NCBI GenBank assembly: GCA_034430335.1
Contig: DAOUES010000059.1
Coordinates: forward strand, 1-63,199
Length of the DNA: 63,199 nucleotides
Source: Anaerolineae bacterium
GTDB taxonomy: Bacteria; Chloroflexota; Anaerolineae; Aggregatilineales; UBA3940
Direction: 5' to 3'
Shown: positions 1 to 9,915 of the stretch, piece after piece
Position numbering within the stretch: position 1 is the first letter of the stretch
Layout of the letters: every line of letters begins with the position of its first letter
Notes under the pieces: model-generated
What the model was told of the DNA's origin: nothing
Databases searched by the model: none
What the model saw: only the letters and a program-made list of their open reading frames with translations
Program-made: the position numbers and the translations under genes

Positions 1-49
1 TAGCTGCCGCAGCCGGAGACGGCTGCCAACCTTTTGTTAAAAATGGTTT

Positions 50-166
50 TCTGGTGATAAGAGCGGCGGAGACACACCCGGTCCCATCTCGAACCCGGTC
101 GTTAAGCCCGCCAGCGCCGATGATACTGCCGGGGCAGCCCGGTGGGAACGTAGGCCATCGCCAGAG
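50..166 (+). rRNA. rrf: 5S ribosomal RNA (3' end of an rRNA operon; bases 1-49 are upstream spacer with a GCAGCCG/CGGCTGC hairpin)
   Basis: Bacterial 5S blocks are present: CCCGGTCCCATCTCGAACCCGG, GTTAAGCCCGCCAGCGCCGATGATACT, GGGAACGTAGG. Helix I closes TCTGGTGAT (50-58) with ATCGCCAGA (157-165). A T7 run follows at 171-177. Confidence 0.85.
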
Positions 167-191
167 AACCTTTTTTTGATTCTGCTTACCC

Positions 192-2240
192 CTACTCCAC
201 CGGCCAGATGATCACTGTGCCATCAGTCGATCCGGTTGCCAACTGCGTCCCATCAGGGCTGAAATCTACACATAAAACCAAGCGGTTGCTTGCCAACAGG
301 GTCTCCAGCGGCTGTCCGGTTTCGACATCCCAGAGAATGACACCACCGTCAAGAGAACCAGAGGCCAGAAGGCGGCCATCGGGCGAGAAATCCAGACTGC
401 GGATATTAGACTTATGCTCATTTAACTCATAGATAGGCTGACCGCTGGCAACATCCCAGAGCACGATTGTTGCATAATCTCGATAACTAGAATCTAGACT
501 GGCTGCCAGGTGGGTGCCGTCGGGCGAGTAGGCAATTGTGGAAATAGGAGCGGTCGTCTCAAATTCCCGGAGAACATCTCCGTCCGGCAGTCTGTACAGA
601 ACAACCAGAGAGCCATCTTCTACTGCCAGCGTTTTGCTATCCGGCGAGAACACCATTTCTCCATACATCATTATATCTTCAAGTACCGGCTGTCGGGCAG
701 CCACATCCCAGAGAGTAGCCCTTGAAGCTGCCGTTCGGTACACCAGCCACCGCCCATCCGGTGAGAACTCAACAGTAGAGTGGTATCCCGGGAATGTATT
801 GTATCCCGGGAATGTAGCGACTAGGTTCCCGGTCGAGGTTTCCCACAGGAACACATCCTCTACGGTATTTTCGACAGTGTCCTCGATCCCTGCGACAATC
901 AGGCTTCCATCCGGCGAGATGTCGGCATCCCAGAGCGGTTCTTCGGTGAATCCAGCCTTTTCGAAAACAATCTGTCCACTCTCCAGGTCGGTCACTGAAA
1001 CAAATGATTTTCCAGAACCTGACCCTGCTATGAGTAATTGCGAACCGTCCGACGAGAAGATAGCACGGACAACTGTGCTGATGAATCCTCCGATCTCCAG
1101 GATCGTCTCGCCAGTGGTGGGATCGATCTTGTACACTATGTCAGGGTCTTGATCCGCGACATACAGGTATCCATCCGGGCTAAAGTCAACACTGATCACC
1201 CCCTGAAATGAATCAAGGCTATATAATAAATCACCATTGTCGGCATCCCACAGTTGAACTCCGTTGTATCTACTCCCGGCGGCAATTATCGACCCATCTG
1301 GAGAGAATGTCACATCACGACATTCTTCGGATATTGTGTACAATCTTTCGCCAGTTGCCACATTCCACAGAACTGTATCACCAAAAACAGAAAACGAAGC
1401 AAGCTTTTGTCTATCGGGCGATATTGCCAGGGATTCAATCGCGTTCTCGTGCCCTTCCAGGAATTTCACTGCTTCACCCGCTTCTAAGTTCCACAGGATG
1501 ATTCGACTGTCCCAACCACCAGAGAAGAGCAGGTTGTCTTCAATAAACGCGACTGAAGAGACATCATCCATGTGTCCCAACAGACTGGTTTCTTGAAATT
1601 TGCCTGGAATGTTCCACACAATCACACTGCTGCCGGAGCCGTAAGCCAGAAGGCTCGAATTGGGTGAAAAGGCAACATCGACCCGCCATACAGGGTATTC
1701 GCCGTATTCAAATTCGAAGGTCTGGAGTAACTCTCCAGTTTCAACTTCCCACAGCGAGATGCGGCGGCCATGTTGACAGGACAGATATTGACCGTTTGGT
1801 GAGAAAACAAGCTGGTATGCTGCCAGATACACCGGCGCACTCCATATCTCCTCAAACGTATCCGTACGATACAGATAGACGCCAACATTGGTGCCAATGG
1901 CCAGATACTGCCCATCAGGAGAAGTCACTGTGTTGTTGAGTGATCCCATCCCGATACGGGCGACTGCCCCTTCGGGTATCTGCTGGGTATAGGGCAGCGT
2001 GATCACCGGGATTGGAATGTCGGTTGGGGTTGGCGTATCGGTCGGAGCCAGGGTAGCCGTGTCGGGCGGGGTGGTGGTCGGCTCCGGTGACGCGGTCGCG
2101 GTTTCCGTCGCCGCAGGCGCATCGACTGTCGCCGTAGGTATACCATCGCCCTGCGTGCAGGCGACCATCACAAGCGTTACAATCAAAATCCCTGGTATGG
2201 ATAGACGATTCAGTGTCATAAATTCACCCGTATTGTACAA
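192..2240 (-). CDS. WD40-repeat lipoprotein (probable tandem beta-propellers)
   Basis: 682-aa ORF. N-terminal signal with lipobox-like LVMVAC, then a Thr/Pro-rich linker, then more than 10 copies of the bacterial WD40 signature (FSPDG..LA.GS.DG.V.LW). Confidence 0.85.
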   Translation of the reverse strand: MYNTGEFMTLNRLSIPGILIVTLVMVACTQGDGIPTATVDAPAATETATASPEPTTTPPDTATLAPTDTPTPTDIPIPVITLPYTQQIPEGAVARIGMGSLNNTVTSPDGQYLAIGTNVGVYLYRTDTFEEIWSAPVYLAAYQLVFSPNGQYLSCQHGRRISLWEVETGELLQTFEFEYGEYPVWRVDVAFSPNSSLLAYGSGSSVIVWNIPGKFQETSLLGHMDDVSSVAFIEDNLLFSGGWDSRIILWNLEAGEAVKFLEGHENAIESLAISPDRQKLASFSVFGDTVLWNVATGERLYTISEECRDVTFSPDGSIIAAGSRYNGVQLWDADNGDLLYSLDSFQGVISVDFSPDGYLYVADQDPDIVYKIDPTTGETILEIGGFISTVVRAIFSSDGSQLLIAGSGSGKSFVSVTDLESGQIVFEKAGFTEEPLWDADISPDGSLIVAGIEDTVENTVEDVFLWETSTGNLVATFPGYNTFPGYHSTVEFSPDGRWLVYRTAASRATLWDVAARQPVLEDIMMYGEMVFSPDSKTLAVEDGSLVVLYRLPDGDVLREFETTAPISTIAYSPDGTHLAASLDSSYRDYATIVLWDVASGQPIYELNEHKSNIRSLDFSPDGRLLASGSLDGGVILWDVETGQPLETLLASNRLVLCVDFSPDGTQLATGSTDGTVIIWPVE

Positions 2241-2440
2241 TCAAGACCTGTCTTCGCACCGTGTTGTGTGCGGATTTGTTCTATAAGTTGATGAACCGTA
2301 TAAAATAAGTTAAAAATTCGCCTGATTACGTTGATCTCACAATTTGGGAGAACGCTCCAGGTTTTTGTTAAAATATTATTATCGAACAAGCTCTTGCCCT
2401 GGCCGTTTTTTTGGTCTGGCAGGTAAGGAGCATTGTCAAT

Positions 2441-3070
2441 ATGCATGACGATCATCAACCGGACGACCAGGATCAGGAATTGGCCAAGACATCAAAACTG
2501 GACCAGCGAATGTGGTCGGGTATGCCCAGTTTAGGACACATGCTGTCGGGACGGATGCCAAATTCTCCAACGCGCTATGTTCAGGTTCCACACAATGTCA
2601 CGGAGTGGGATTTGAAGGGACGGACTAAATGCTGGCGTATCGAACTGCATGACCTGTCTCCCGGCTCGGAGACAATCGGCTTCGAGATAGCCGCAGATAC
2701 AGTCATCGGGCGCGGGGCATCAGCAGATATCGATTTGGAAGTGTACAGCGGGCACAAATCCGGCGTATCAAGACGACATGTGCTGCTGCGTCCGGCAGGC
2801 AATCGCCTGTACATTATCGATCTTGGCAGCACCAACGGCACGATGATCAACAGCATCGTATTGACGAGAAGCCAAGCCCGGCTGCTGGAATCTGACGATC
2901 TGATTACGCTTGGAAAATTCTCGTTTACAATAAAACTCATTGCCCTGGTCGATATTGTGCTGGAACCCAGCCAACTGATCACAGAAGAAACAGAGATCCA
3001 AGTGAAGGACGACACTCCCAGTACACTCGTCATCAAGCATAATCACGATAAGGATTCAACGGAAGAATAG
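2441..3070 (+). CDS. FHA-domain protein
   Basis: FHA core VIGRGASADIDL...GVSRRHVLL...LYIIDLGSTNGTMIN. ATG 2441 follows AAGGAG by 10 nt, so I prefer it to the ORF-track TTG at 2411. Confidence 0.8.
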   Translation: MHDDHQPDDQDQELAKTSKLDQRMWSGMPSLGHMLSGRMPNSPTRYVQVPHNVTEWDLKGRTKCWRIELHDLSPGSETIGFEIAADTVIGRGASADIDLEVYSGHKSGVSRRHVLLRPAGNRLYIIDLGSTNGTMINSIVLTRSQARLLESDDLITLGKFSFTIKLIALVDIVLEPSQLITEETEIQVKDDTPSTLVIKHNHDKDSTEE

Positions 3071-3088
3071 GTGATCGCCGGTCTTCTC

Positions 3089-5584
3089 CTAAAATACGCT
3101 GATCTTACCGTCCAATCTCAAATCAGCCGGTAAACTGATGGTGAAGATCGCCCCGTGACTCCCCTCTGCATTGGCAACAGAAGCCGCTCCTCCATGCGCA
3201 TTTGCGGTCGATTGAACCAGAACCAGACCCAACCCGTGCCCGGTGCTCCGGCTTGCTTCCTGCTGCCCGCGATAGTATTTCTCGAAGATATGGGGGATAT
3301 CTTCTTCAGGAATCCCCGGCCCGTTATCCCTGACCTGTAGCCATATTGAATCCCTGTGTTCTCCCAGAAAAATCTGTACAGGAGACTGCTCCGGTGAATA
3401 CTTGAGAGCGTTGTCCAGCAGATTCAAAATGCTGCGATACAGCCGGGTTTCATCGCCATTGATGAATAATGTTTCTTCGTCGGTTATAAAGTCGACGGGG
3501 ATCAATTTTGCCAGCGCCGCTCCTTCCAGATCGTTCATCGCCCGGTTGATCACCGCGACGAGGTCGCAGGGTTTGTGCTGCGACTGCGGCGATTCGGTCA
3601 GCAGGGCAATGTCGAGAAGCTGCTCGATCATATTGCTCATGCTGTGCGCCGCGTTCAAGACGCCATCAATGAAACTACTCCCTTTATCTGACAACGTGTC
3701 GACGCGCCTGACCAGATCGGCATAGCCCTGGATCGAAGTCAGGGGACTTTTCAGATCGTGTGACAGGGCATGGACAAATTCGAGCCGGGTTTCCTCGAGC
3801 TGCTTGAGATAGGTGATGTCCTGCATGACGACGATGGTGCCGACCTCTGACTGGCGCTCGACGGTCGTCAGGAACGTATGATCTTCAAATTGCAGTTCGG
3901 TGGTCTTGCCGATACCCTGGCTGATCCCGTCAAACATCTTCGAGAGATTGCTGTCGAGTATCTGGTTGGCGGCATCATTGGCGATGACGAGATCGCCGCG
4001 CGCATCCAGGATCATGATTGGCTGTGAGAGTGTGGAAGCGGTGGCGTTGATAATCGCCCGTTCCCGTTCGGACTGCGAGAACAGCCGGGCATTATGAATC
4101 GCGGTTGCGACCGGGTTGGCAAAAGCCTGAAAACGCACCAGGTCTTCTTTTGCGAAGGCTCCCGGCTCACCTTCGATGATGACCAGCACACCGACTACCT
4201 GATCGGTGACAAGCAGCGGGATACAGGCAATGGATCGCGCGGTAAGCTTGGCGGTCTTATCTTTGATGCGCCCTTTCAGCACTTCACGCTGGTGTATCCA
4301 GTCGGAGCGCTCCGGCTCCCGGCTCCTGATTACCCGTTCGATGGCCTCCATCACCTGGTTCCTGACGTGTGACGAGAGCGGTTCGTTGTCGGGATCACCG
4401 CCCTCGAAAAGCTCCATATGACCTGTTTCTTCATTGAGCAGCCACAGCATCACGTTTTCCGTTTTCCAGTGCTTGCGTATCTGGTCTTTGAGAACGACGT
4501 GAACGATATTCAGGTCGAGCGACGAGGAGATCGCAAACGAGAGTTCGTTCAGCGCACCCAGTTCCTCAATCCGACGTGCCAGCGCCCGGTCGGTTGCCTG
4601 GTAGAGCCGCGCGTTCTGAACGGCGATAGCGGCAAAATCGGCGATGGAAGTAACGAGTTTTTCGTCACGGTCGTTGAAATGGTGGCCCTCTTCGCGTTTG
4701 AAAGCACCCAGGACGCCAAAGGAGATTCCGCCAAGCATCACCGGGATCAGGATCAGCGACGCGACCGGAAAGTCGGGCATCACCTCGATGAACCCGCGCT
4801 GGTCTTCGTGGTTCAAGCGCACCGGTTTGCCGGTGACAATCACCCGTCCCACATAGGAGTCTTTCAATGCCTGATGAGTGCCCAGCAGGGTTTCATCTTC
4901 AGACCCATGCAGGGCTTCTAATGTCAGTTCTCCGGTGTTTTCGTTGATCAACCAGGCGGCGGTGATGTCGGCGGCGGTGAGCGTCATCGTCGCTTCTGCG
5001 ACCTGCTTCAACACCTGGTCGATTTCAAGCTGGGAGGTGATCGCCCTGGCGGTCATCACCAGGGCATCGGCCAGGTCTGCTTTTTTGTAGAGCAGCGTAA
5101 TCTCGCTCCTGGGGCGTTCGATGATCCTGACCAGGAGATTCAAGGCTCCCAGCGCGAGAATATCTCCATCCCCCAGGCTGTAGGGTGTGTTGGCACCGAT
5201 GGGGTGCCCGTTTCGCCGCGTTCCGTTGGTGCTGCCCAGATCGGTGACCAGCAGTTGGGTCGGGGTGGGATGCAGGGCAGCGTGGCGGCGGGAGACGCCC
5301 AACGGCAGGGCTTTGAAGTAGCTGAGATCGATGCAGTTATCCAGTCGGTCATCACGGCCCAGGATGACATCGTTATAAATATCCACCCCCATGAACCGGC
5401 TCGGATCGGTTACCAGTTCAAAACGAATACGCCAGCGGGGGAGTTCTTCGCTCTGCGCCATATTGACATCACGCGGGTAGATTGCGTAAGCCAGTGCGAT
5501 GTTCGAGTCGGCGTTTCGATTCTGAGCGGCTTCAAGAGGCGTGTCGGCGAATGGATCGTGTCCTACAGGATTGGCCTTTAACAT
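3089..5584 (-). CDS. Sensor histidine kinase with N-terminal FHA domain (FHA-GAF-GAF-PAS-HisKA-HATPase_c)
   Basis: FHA core ILGRD...GVSRRHAAL...VTDLGSTNGT. Two GAF-like regions. H-box FVHALSHDLKSPLTSI. N and G boxes LLDNALKYSP and DNGPGIP...GHGLGL. The start is trimmed to ATG 5584 because the upstream part of the 947-aa ORF is AT-rich and looks non-coding. Confidence 0.85.
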   Translation of the reverse strand: MLKANPVGHDPFADTPLEAAQNRNADSNIALAYAIYPRDVNMAQSEELPRWRIRFELVTDPSRFMGVDIYNDVILGRDDRLDNCIDLSYFKALPLGVSRRHAALHPTPTQLLVTDLGSTNGTRRNGHPIGANTPYSLGDGDILALGALNLLVRIIERPRSEITLLYKKADLADALVMTARAITSQLEIDQVLKQVAEATMTLTAADITAAWLINENTGELTLEALHGSEDETLLGTHQALKDSYVGRVIVTGKPVRLNHEDQRGFIEVMPDFPVASLILIPVMLGGISFGVLGAFKREEGHHFNDRDEKLVTSIADFAAIAVQNARLYQATDRALARRIEELGALNELSFAISSSLDLNIVHVVLKDQIRKHWKTENVMLWLLNEETGHMELFEGGDPDNEPLSSHVRNQVMEAIERVIRSREPERSDWIHQREVLKGRIKDKTAKLTARSIACIPLLVTDQVVGVLVIIEGEPGAFAKEDLVRFQAFANPVATAIHNARLFSQSERERAIINATASTLSQPIMILDARGDLVIANDAANQILDSNLSKMFDGISQGIGKTTELQFEDHTFLTTVERQSEVGTIVVMQDITYLKQLEETRLEFVHALSHDLKSPLTSIQGYADLVRRVDTLSDKGSSFIDGVLNAAHSMSNMIEQLLDIALLTESPQSQHKPCDLVAVINRAMNDLEGAALAKLIPVDFITDEETLFINGDETRLYRSILNLLDNALKYSPEQSPVQIFLGEHRDSIWLQVRDNGPGIPEEDIPHIFEKYYRGQQEASRSTGHGLGLVLVQSTANAHGGAASVANAEGSHGAIFTISLPADLRLDGKISVF

Positions 5585-5831
5585 AATACTGTCCCTATCG
5601 CAATCCAATGAGTGGATACTGCTGACCCTCATTTTAGCACGAAATGTAATTTCATGATTTTGCCAGATTATTCTAAAATCGGGGCCGGTGTTTAATGTGT
5701 ACATTGTCATTAAAAATGGTGCATTTGTCACGTTTTGCAGCGCGCCTTGCGAGGTAGTATGCAAAAAATTGCAACCCGGTCGATAATCGTGAAGGCATCT
5801 CCTTAGCAAATTTGCGAAAAACGGAGAAAAC

Positions 5832-6335
5832 GTGTTGTTATACGTCGTTCTCATACTGGGATTGGTTATTTGCGCCATTTTTGCGGTGCGCGCAAAACAA
5901 ATGCTAACCTCCGTCCTGTGGCTGATCGGCACCAGCGCGGTGCTCAGTGTGCTGTTTTATATCATGGGAGCCTGCCGCCTGGCCGTCATTGAATTAAGCG
6001 TTGGCGCTGGCCTGATCGCGGTGCTTTTTGTTTTTGCGATCAGCATAGCGAGCGACGAACCGGTAACTTTATCGTCACTGGTGCCCAGGCCGCTCGCCTG
6101 GGTTTTTGTCGTCCTGGCGGTCGGCTTCACCGCGTGGCGAGTTTTACCAACCGGTGGGTCAATGGTTCCGGTGAACGGCTGCGTGGAATCGACGGTTCTC
6201 TGGCACGAGCGCAGCCTCGATACATTGATCCAGGTTTTCCTGATATTTGCCGGGGTGATCGGGATGCTGGGGCTGCTGTCCGGTTCGCGAAAACGTCCCC
6301 CGGTTGGGCTTGAAGCGGAAGGTGATGAGCTATGA
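5832..6335 (+). CDS. NuoJ-like (ND6 / MbhD-E type) membrane subunit
   Basis: 167-aa polytopic protein. ELSVGAGLIAVLFVFAI resembles the NuoJ EIIVYAGAIMVLFVF block. GTG start after GGAG. Stop overlaps the next start (ATGA). Confidence 0.7.
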   Translation: MLLYVVLILGLVICAIFAVRAKQMLTSVLWLIGTSAVLSVLFYIMGACRLAVIELSVGAGLIAVLFVFAISIASDEPVTLSSLVPRPLAWVFVVLAVGFTAWRVLPTGGSMVPVNGCVESTVLWHERSLDTLIQVFLIFAGVIGMLGLLSGSRKRPPVGLEAEGDEL

Positions 6336-6643
6336 GTCTCTCGCCGGTTACGGTTATCTGGGTAGGGGTGTTCTGCCTTTTTGGGATCGGCCTGTATGGT
6401 CTGCTGGCGGTTCGCAACCTGATCAAGGTGATCGTCGCCCTGCAAATTCTGGTCAAGATGGCGATGCTTGCGCTGGTCGCGGCCAGCTATTCTGTCGATA
6501 AGCTGGCGCTGGGGCAGAGCCTCGCCGTGATGGTGATGGTCGCCGATACCATCGTAGCGGTGATCGGGTTGGCGCTGGCCGTTCAGGTTCAGCAGCGGCT
6601 CGGCACGCTCGATATTGTCGAACTCTCCAGGCTGCGAAAGTGA
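6332..6643 (+). CDS. NuoK-like (ND4L / MnhC type) membrane subunit
   Basis: 103 aa with three predicted TM helices. GLYGLLAVRNLIKVIVALQIL resembles NuoK GL.G...RRNL...L...EIM. Overlapping start and stop with both neighbours. Confidence 0.75.
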   Translation: MSLSPVTVIWVGVFCLFGIGLYGLLAVRNLIKVIVALQILVKMAMLALVAASYSVDKLALGQSLAVMVMVADTIVAVIGLALAVQVQQRLGTLDIVELSRLRK

Positions 6644-8394
6644 TGACAATGAGCCGCTGGTTGATCGTTTTAATAATCGGCGTTCCCTGGCTGGGGGCGG
6701 TAGTTCTGCGGCTGGTCGATGACAGGCGGGCGCGGCTTCAACATTTTTTGGCCGCTGCTTTTGCCTGTATCACCGGCGCTGTTTCTGTGGCGCTGCTCTT
6801 TTCCTCGTCGGGTGAGGCAGCGCTGAGTTTACCGCTTGGCGAGGTGTTCGGTACATTCACCTTCGTGCCGGATGCTTTCGGCGTTTCACTTTCGGCGATT
6901 GCCGCCGTGATCGGCTGCCTGGCGGTGATCTTCTCCGTCGACTATATGCAGGGGGAAGCACAGTTAGGACGCTATTATTCGTTCATCCTGCTCTTCATTG
7001 GCGCGATGGCGGGGCTGGTGCTTTCCGGCAACCTGCTGCTGCTGTTCTTCTTCTGGGAGATCACCGCGCTGTGTTCCTATGTCCTGATCTCCTTTTACAA
7101 TGACGATCCCAACGCGGTTAAAGGCGGCCTCCAGGCGCTGATCGTCACCCAGCTTGGCGGCGTCGGGCTGCTGGCCGGGGCATTGATCATCCAGGCAAAC
7201 CTGGGCACCTACCAGATATCGACCTTCCTGGCCGAGGCCCATACTTTACCGGCGGGCGTATTGAGCCTCGCCGCGTTCGGGTGCCTGTTTGCAGCGGCGG
7301 CGAAGTCGGCGCAGGCTCCTTTCCATTACTGGCTGCCGGGCGCGATGGAAGCGCCCACGCCGGTCACCGCGCTGATCCACGCTGCGACGATGGTCAACGC
7401 CGGGGTGTACCTGCTGGCCCGCTTTTACCCGGCCTTCGAAGCCGTCCCCGGCTGGAAGACGGCGGTGGTCACCGTCGGTTCGGTGACAGCCCTGATCGCC
7501 GGGATCATGGCGATTACAGCGGTTGATTTGAAGCGCGTGCTGGCTTATTCGACCGTCAGCCAGCTTGGATATATGGTCTACGCGATTGGGGTGGGCGGGG
7601 TGTTCGCCAGCCAGTTCCACCTGTTCAGCCACGCGATATTCAAGGCGCTGTTGTTCCTGGCCGCCGGAACGGTGATCCATTCTGTTGGCACGCGCGATAT
7701 GCGTCAAATGGGCGGGCTGGGCCGGTCGATGCCCTATGCGCGGGCGGTGTTCATCGTCGGCTCGCTGGCGCTGACCGGCATCCCGATCTTCAACGGCTTC
7801 TGGAGCAAGGAACTGGTTCTCGAAAGCGGCGCGGCGGTAGGGCCGAGTTGGGCGTATATCATCATGCTGCTCGGCGCTGGCCTGACGGCGATCTATACCA
7901 TTCGTATGGTGTGGATGGTTTTCTACAAGCCCGCGGCCTCCGAGGAACACTATCACGATGCTGCGCCGTATATGCGTGTTTCGCTGGGCGTGCTTGCCGC
8001 CGGGGTGGTGGTCGGCTGGCTGCTGGTCGGCCCCCTTGGGCGGATGATGGAACGAACTCTGCCCTATCATCACCTGCATGGGCTGACCCTGCCAGAGTTG
8101 TTCGCCGAGGCGTTCAGGGGAGCACCGCTGACGCTGGCGATTGTCTTTGCCGGTTTTGTGCTCTATCTCGCGCTGCGCAGGTTCGCTGCCCTGTGGGATC
8201 GCTTTGACTGGCTAGCGCGCTTCGCCGATATGGACTTCGGGTTCTCCTGGATCAGCGATCGTTTCGCCGGGGCTGTTCAGGGTATCGCCGAGGGCGCACG
8301 GGTGACGCAAACCGGCCAGTTGAACTGGAATATCTTCGGGCTTGTCCTGGGCCTGATCGTCATCCTGGCTGTTCTGATCGTGGGGGCAGCATGA
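6640..8394 (+). CDS. NuoL/MrpA-like antiporter-type subunit
   Basis: 584 aa. Proton-pump family blocks WEITALCSYVLISF, AAAKSAQAPFHYWLPGAMEAPTPVTALIHAATMV, HAIFKALLFL. C-terminal segment ...VTQTGQLNWNIFGLVLG resembles the NuoL lateral-helix and TM16 region. Confidence 0.9.
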   Translation: MMTMSRWLIVLIIGVPWLGAVVLRLVDDRRARLQHFLAAAFACITGAVSVALLFSSSGEAALSLPLGEVFGTFTFVPDAFGVSLSAIAAVIGCLAVIFSVDYMQGEAQLGRYYSFILLFIGAMAGLVLSGNLLLLFFFWEITALCSYVLISFYNDDPNAVKGGLQALIVTQLGGVGLLAGALIIQANLGTYQISTFLAEAHTLPAGVLSLAAFGCLFAAAAKSAQAPFHYWLPGAMEAPTPVTALIHAATMVNAGVYLLARFYPAFEAVPGWKTAVVTVGSVTALIAGIMAITAVDLKRVLAYSTVSQLGYMVYAIGVGGVFASQFHLFSHAIFKALLFLAAGTVIHSVGTRDMRQMGGLGRSMPYARAVFIVGSLALTGIPIFNGFWSKELVLESGAAVGPSWAYIIMLLGAGLTAIYTIRMVWMVFYKPAASEEHYHDAAPYMRVSLGVLAAGVVVGWLLVGPLGRMMERTLPYHHLHGLTLPELFAEAFRGAPLTLAIVFAGFVLYLALRRFAALWDRFDWLARFADMDFGFSWISDRFAGAVQGIAEGARVTQTGQLNWNIFGLVLGLIVILAVLIVGAA

Positions 8395-9893
8395 CTTTAC
8401 CTTCGTTCGTCTGGTGTATCGTTGTATTGTGGGGGCTGACGCCCGTAATCTACCTGCTGGGCAGGATCGGCCAGCGGGAGGAACCGCCGGGGTCGCCGAT
8501 TGCTCGTTGGGCGGCGCTGGCAGCAATGCTCGCCGCGTGGGTTCCGCTGGGGATGGCTATCGCCTCGTTTGCCGGTAGCCCGGCCCGCTTCACGCTCGGC
8601 GCGATTGCGCTTGAGTTCGACGGGCTGGCGCTGCTGCTGGCGGTTCTGGCAATGACGCTGGGCACGCTGGCCGTGATCTACTCGATTGGCTACATGGCGG
8701 GCAGCGACGACGAGGAAAAGTTCTACGCGATGCTGGTCGCCATGATCGGGGCAATCGTCGGGCTGGGCTGCTCGACCGACCTGTTCAACATGTGGGTGTG
8801 GTTCGAGGCGATGGCGATCACGTCTTATCTGCTGGTCGCCTTCTACCATGATCGTCCGGGGGCGCTGGAGGCGGGCGTCAAGTACCTCGTTCAGAGCGCG
8901 GCAGGCTCGATGCTGATCCTGCTCGGTATCGCGCTGGTCTTGATGCAAACCGGGACGCTCGATCTATCCGAAATCCACGCCGCTGCGACCACGTCTCCCG
9001 TCCTGCTGTCTGCCGGTGGGTTGTTCCTGATCGGCTTCGGCGTCAAGGCGGCGCTGGTGCCGGTTCACACCTGGCTGCCCGATGCCCACTCGCAGGCCCC
9101 GACCGGCGTGAGCGCACTGCTGTCGGGGGTGGTGATCGAAGCCGGGTTGTTCGCCCTGCTGCGCGTCTTGGCGGCGCTTGCCAATGTGACGCCTGACTGG
9201 GGTGTGATTTTGATGGGCTTCGGCGCGCTCAATATGCTGCTCGGCAACCTGATGGCCCTGCGCCAGAAGAGAATCAAGCGGCTGCTGGCTTTCTCCAGCC
9301 TGGTGCATGTCGGCTATATGCTGCTCGGTTTCGGCGTGGCGATCCACACCGGCACCCTGACCGGTGCCCAGGGTGCGATGTTCCACGTATTCAATCACGG
9401 GTTGATGAAGTCACTCGCGTTCATGGCCGCCGGGTGCTTCCTGTATATTCTCCATGCCGCCCACAGCGATCACAGCGCGCTGGTCGCCGACGATCTGTAC
9501 GGCGCTGCGGGGCGCTATCCTTTCGCGGCGCTGGCGTTCAGCCTGGCGCTGCTGGCGCTGGGTGGAATACCGCCGCTGGCCGGGTTCATGTCGAAGTGGC
9601 AGATATTTGCTGCCTGCTTCGACAGCGGAAACGCATGGGTCGGCGGGCTGGCGGTGTTCGGCGCGTTGAACAGCGTGCTTTCGCTTGGCTATTACGCGCC
9701 GCTGATCAACAAAATGTATCGGAAAGCGCCGTCGGCGGTCATCGAGAACGGGCCGGATTCGCTGCCCCTGTCGATGCTGGTGCCGCTGGGCCTGATGGCG
9801 CTGGCAATTGTGGTGATCGGGCTGTGGCCGGTGCTGCTCGATTGGCTGTCGATGCCGTCCGGGTTGGCACTGATGGCGGCTCTGGGTGGGTGA
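8391..9893 (+). CDS. NuoM/NuoN/MrpD-like antiporter-type subunit
   Basis: 500 aa. Blocks WFEAMAITSYLLVAF, GVKAALVPVHTWLPDAHSQAPTGVSALLSGV, FNHGLMKSLAFM. ATGA overlap with the upstream gene. Confidence 0.9.
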   Translation: MTLPSFVWCIVVLWGLTPVIYLLGRIGQREEPPGSPIARWAALAAMLAAWVPLGMAIASFAGSPARFTLGAIALEFDGLALLLAVLAMTLGTLAVIYSIGYMAGSDDEEKFYAMLVAMIGAIVGLGCSTDLFNMWVWFEAMAITSYLLVAFYHDRPGALEAGVKYLVQSAAGSMLILLGIALVLMQTGTLDLSEIHAAATTSPVLLSAGGLFLIGFGVKAALVPVHTWLPDAHSQAPTGVSALLSGVVIEAGLFALLRVLAALANVTPDWGVILMGFGALNMLLGNLMALRQKRIKRLLAFSSLVHVGYMLLGFGVAIHTGTLTGAQGAMFHVFNHGLMKSLAFMAAGCFLYILHAAHSDHSALVADDLYGAAGRYPFAALAFSLALLALGGIPPLAGFMSKWQIFAACFDSGNAWVGGLAVFGALNSVLSLGYYAPLINKMYRKAPSAVIENGPDSLPLSMLVPLGLMALAIVVIGLWPVLLDWLSMPSGLALMAALGG

Positions 9894-9915
9894 GATTGGT
9901 TTTGAGGAAGGGTAG

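Noticed and set aside
5585-5932. N-terminal extension of the sensor-kinase ORF (947 aa in the track)
   Set aside because: The region is AT-rich, overlaps the start of the divergent nuoJ-like gene and shows no domain. The FHA domain begins shortly after ATG 5584. The alternative ATG 5632 cannot be excluded.
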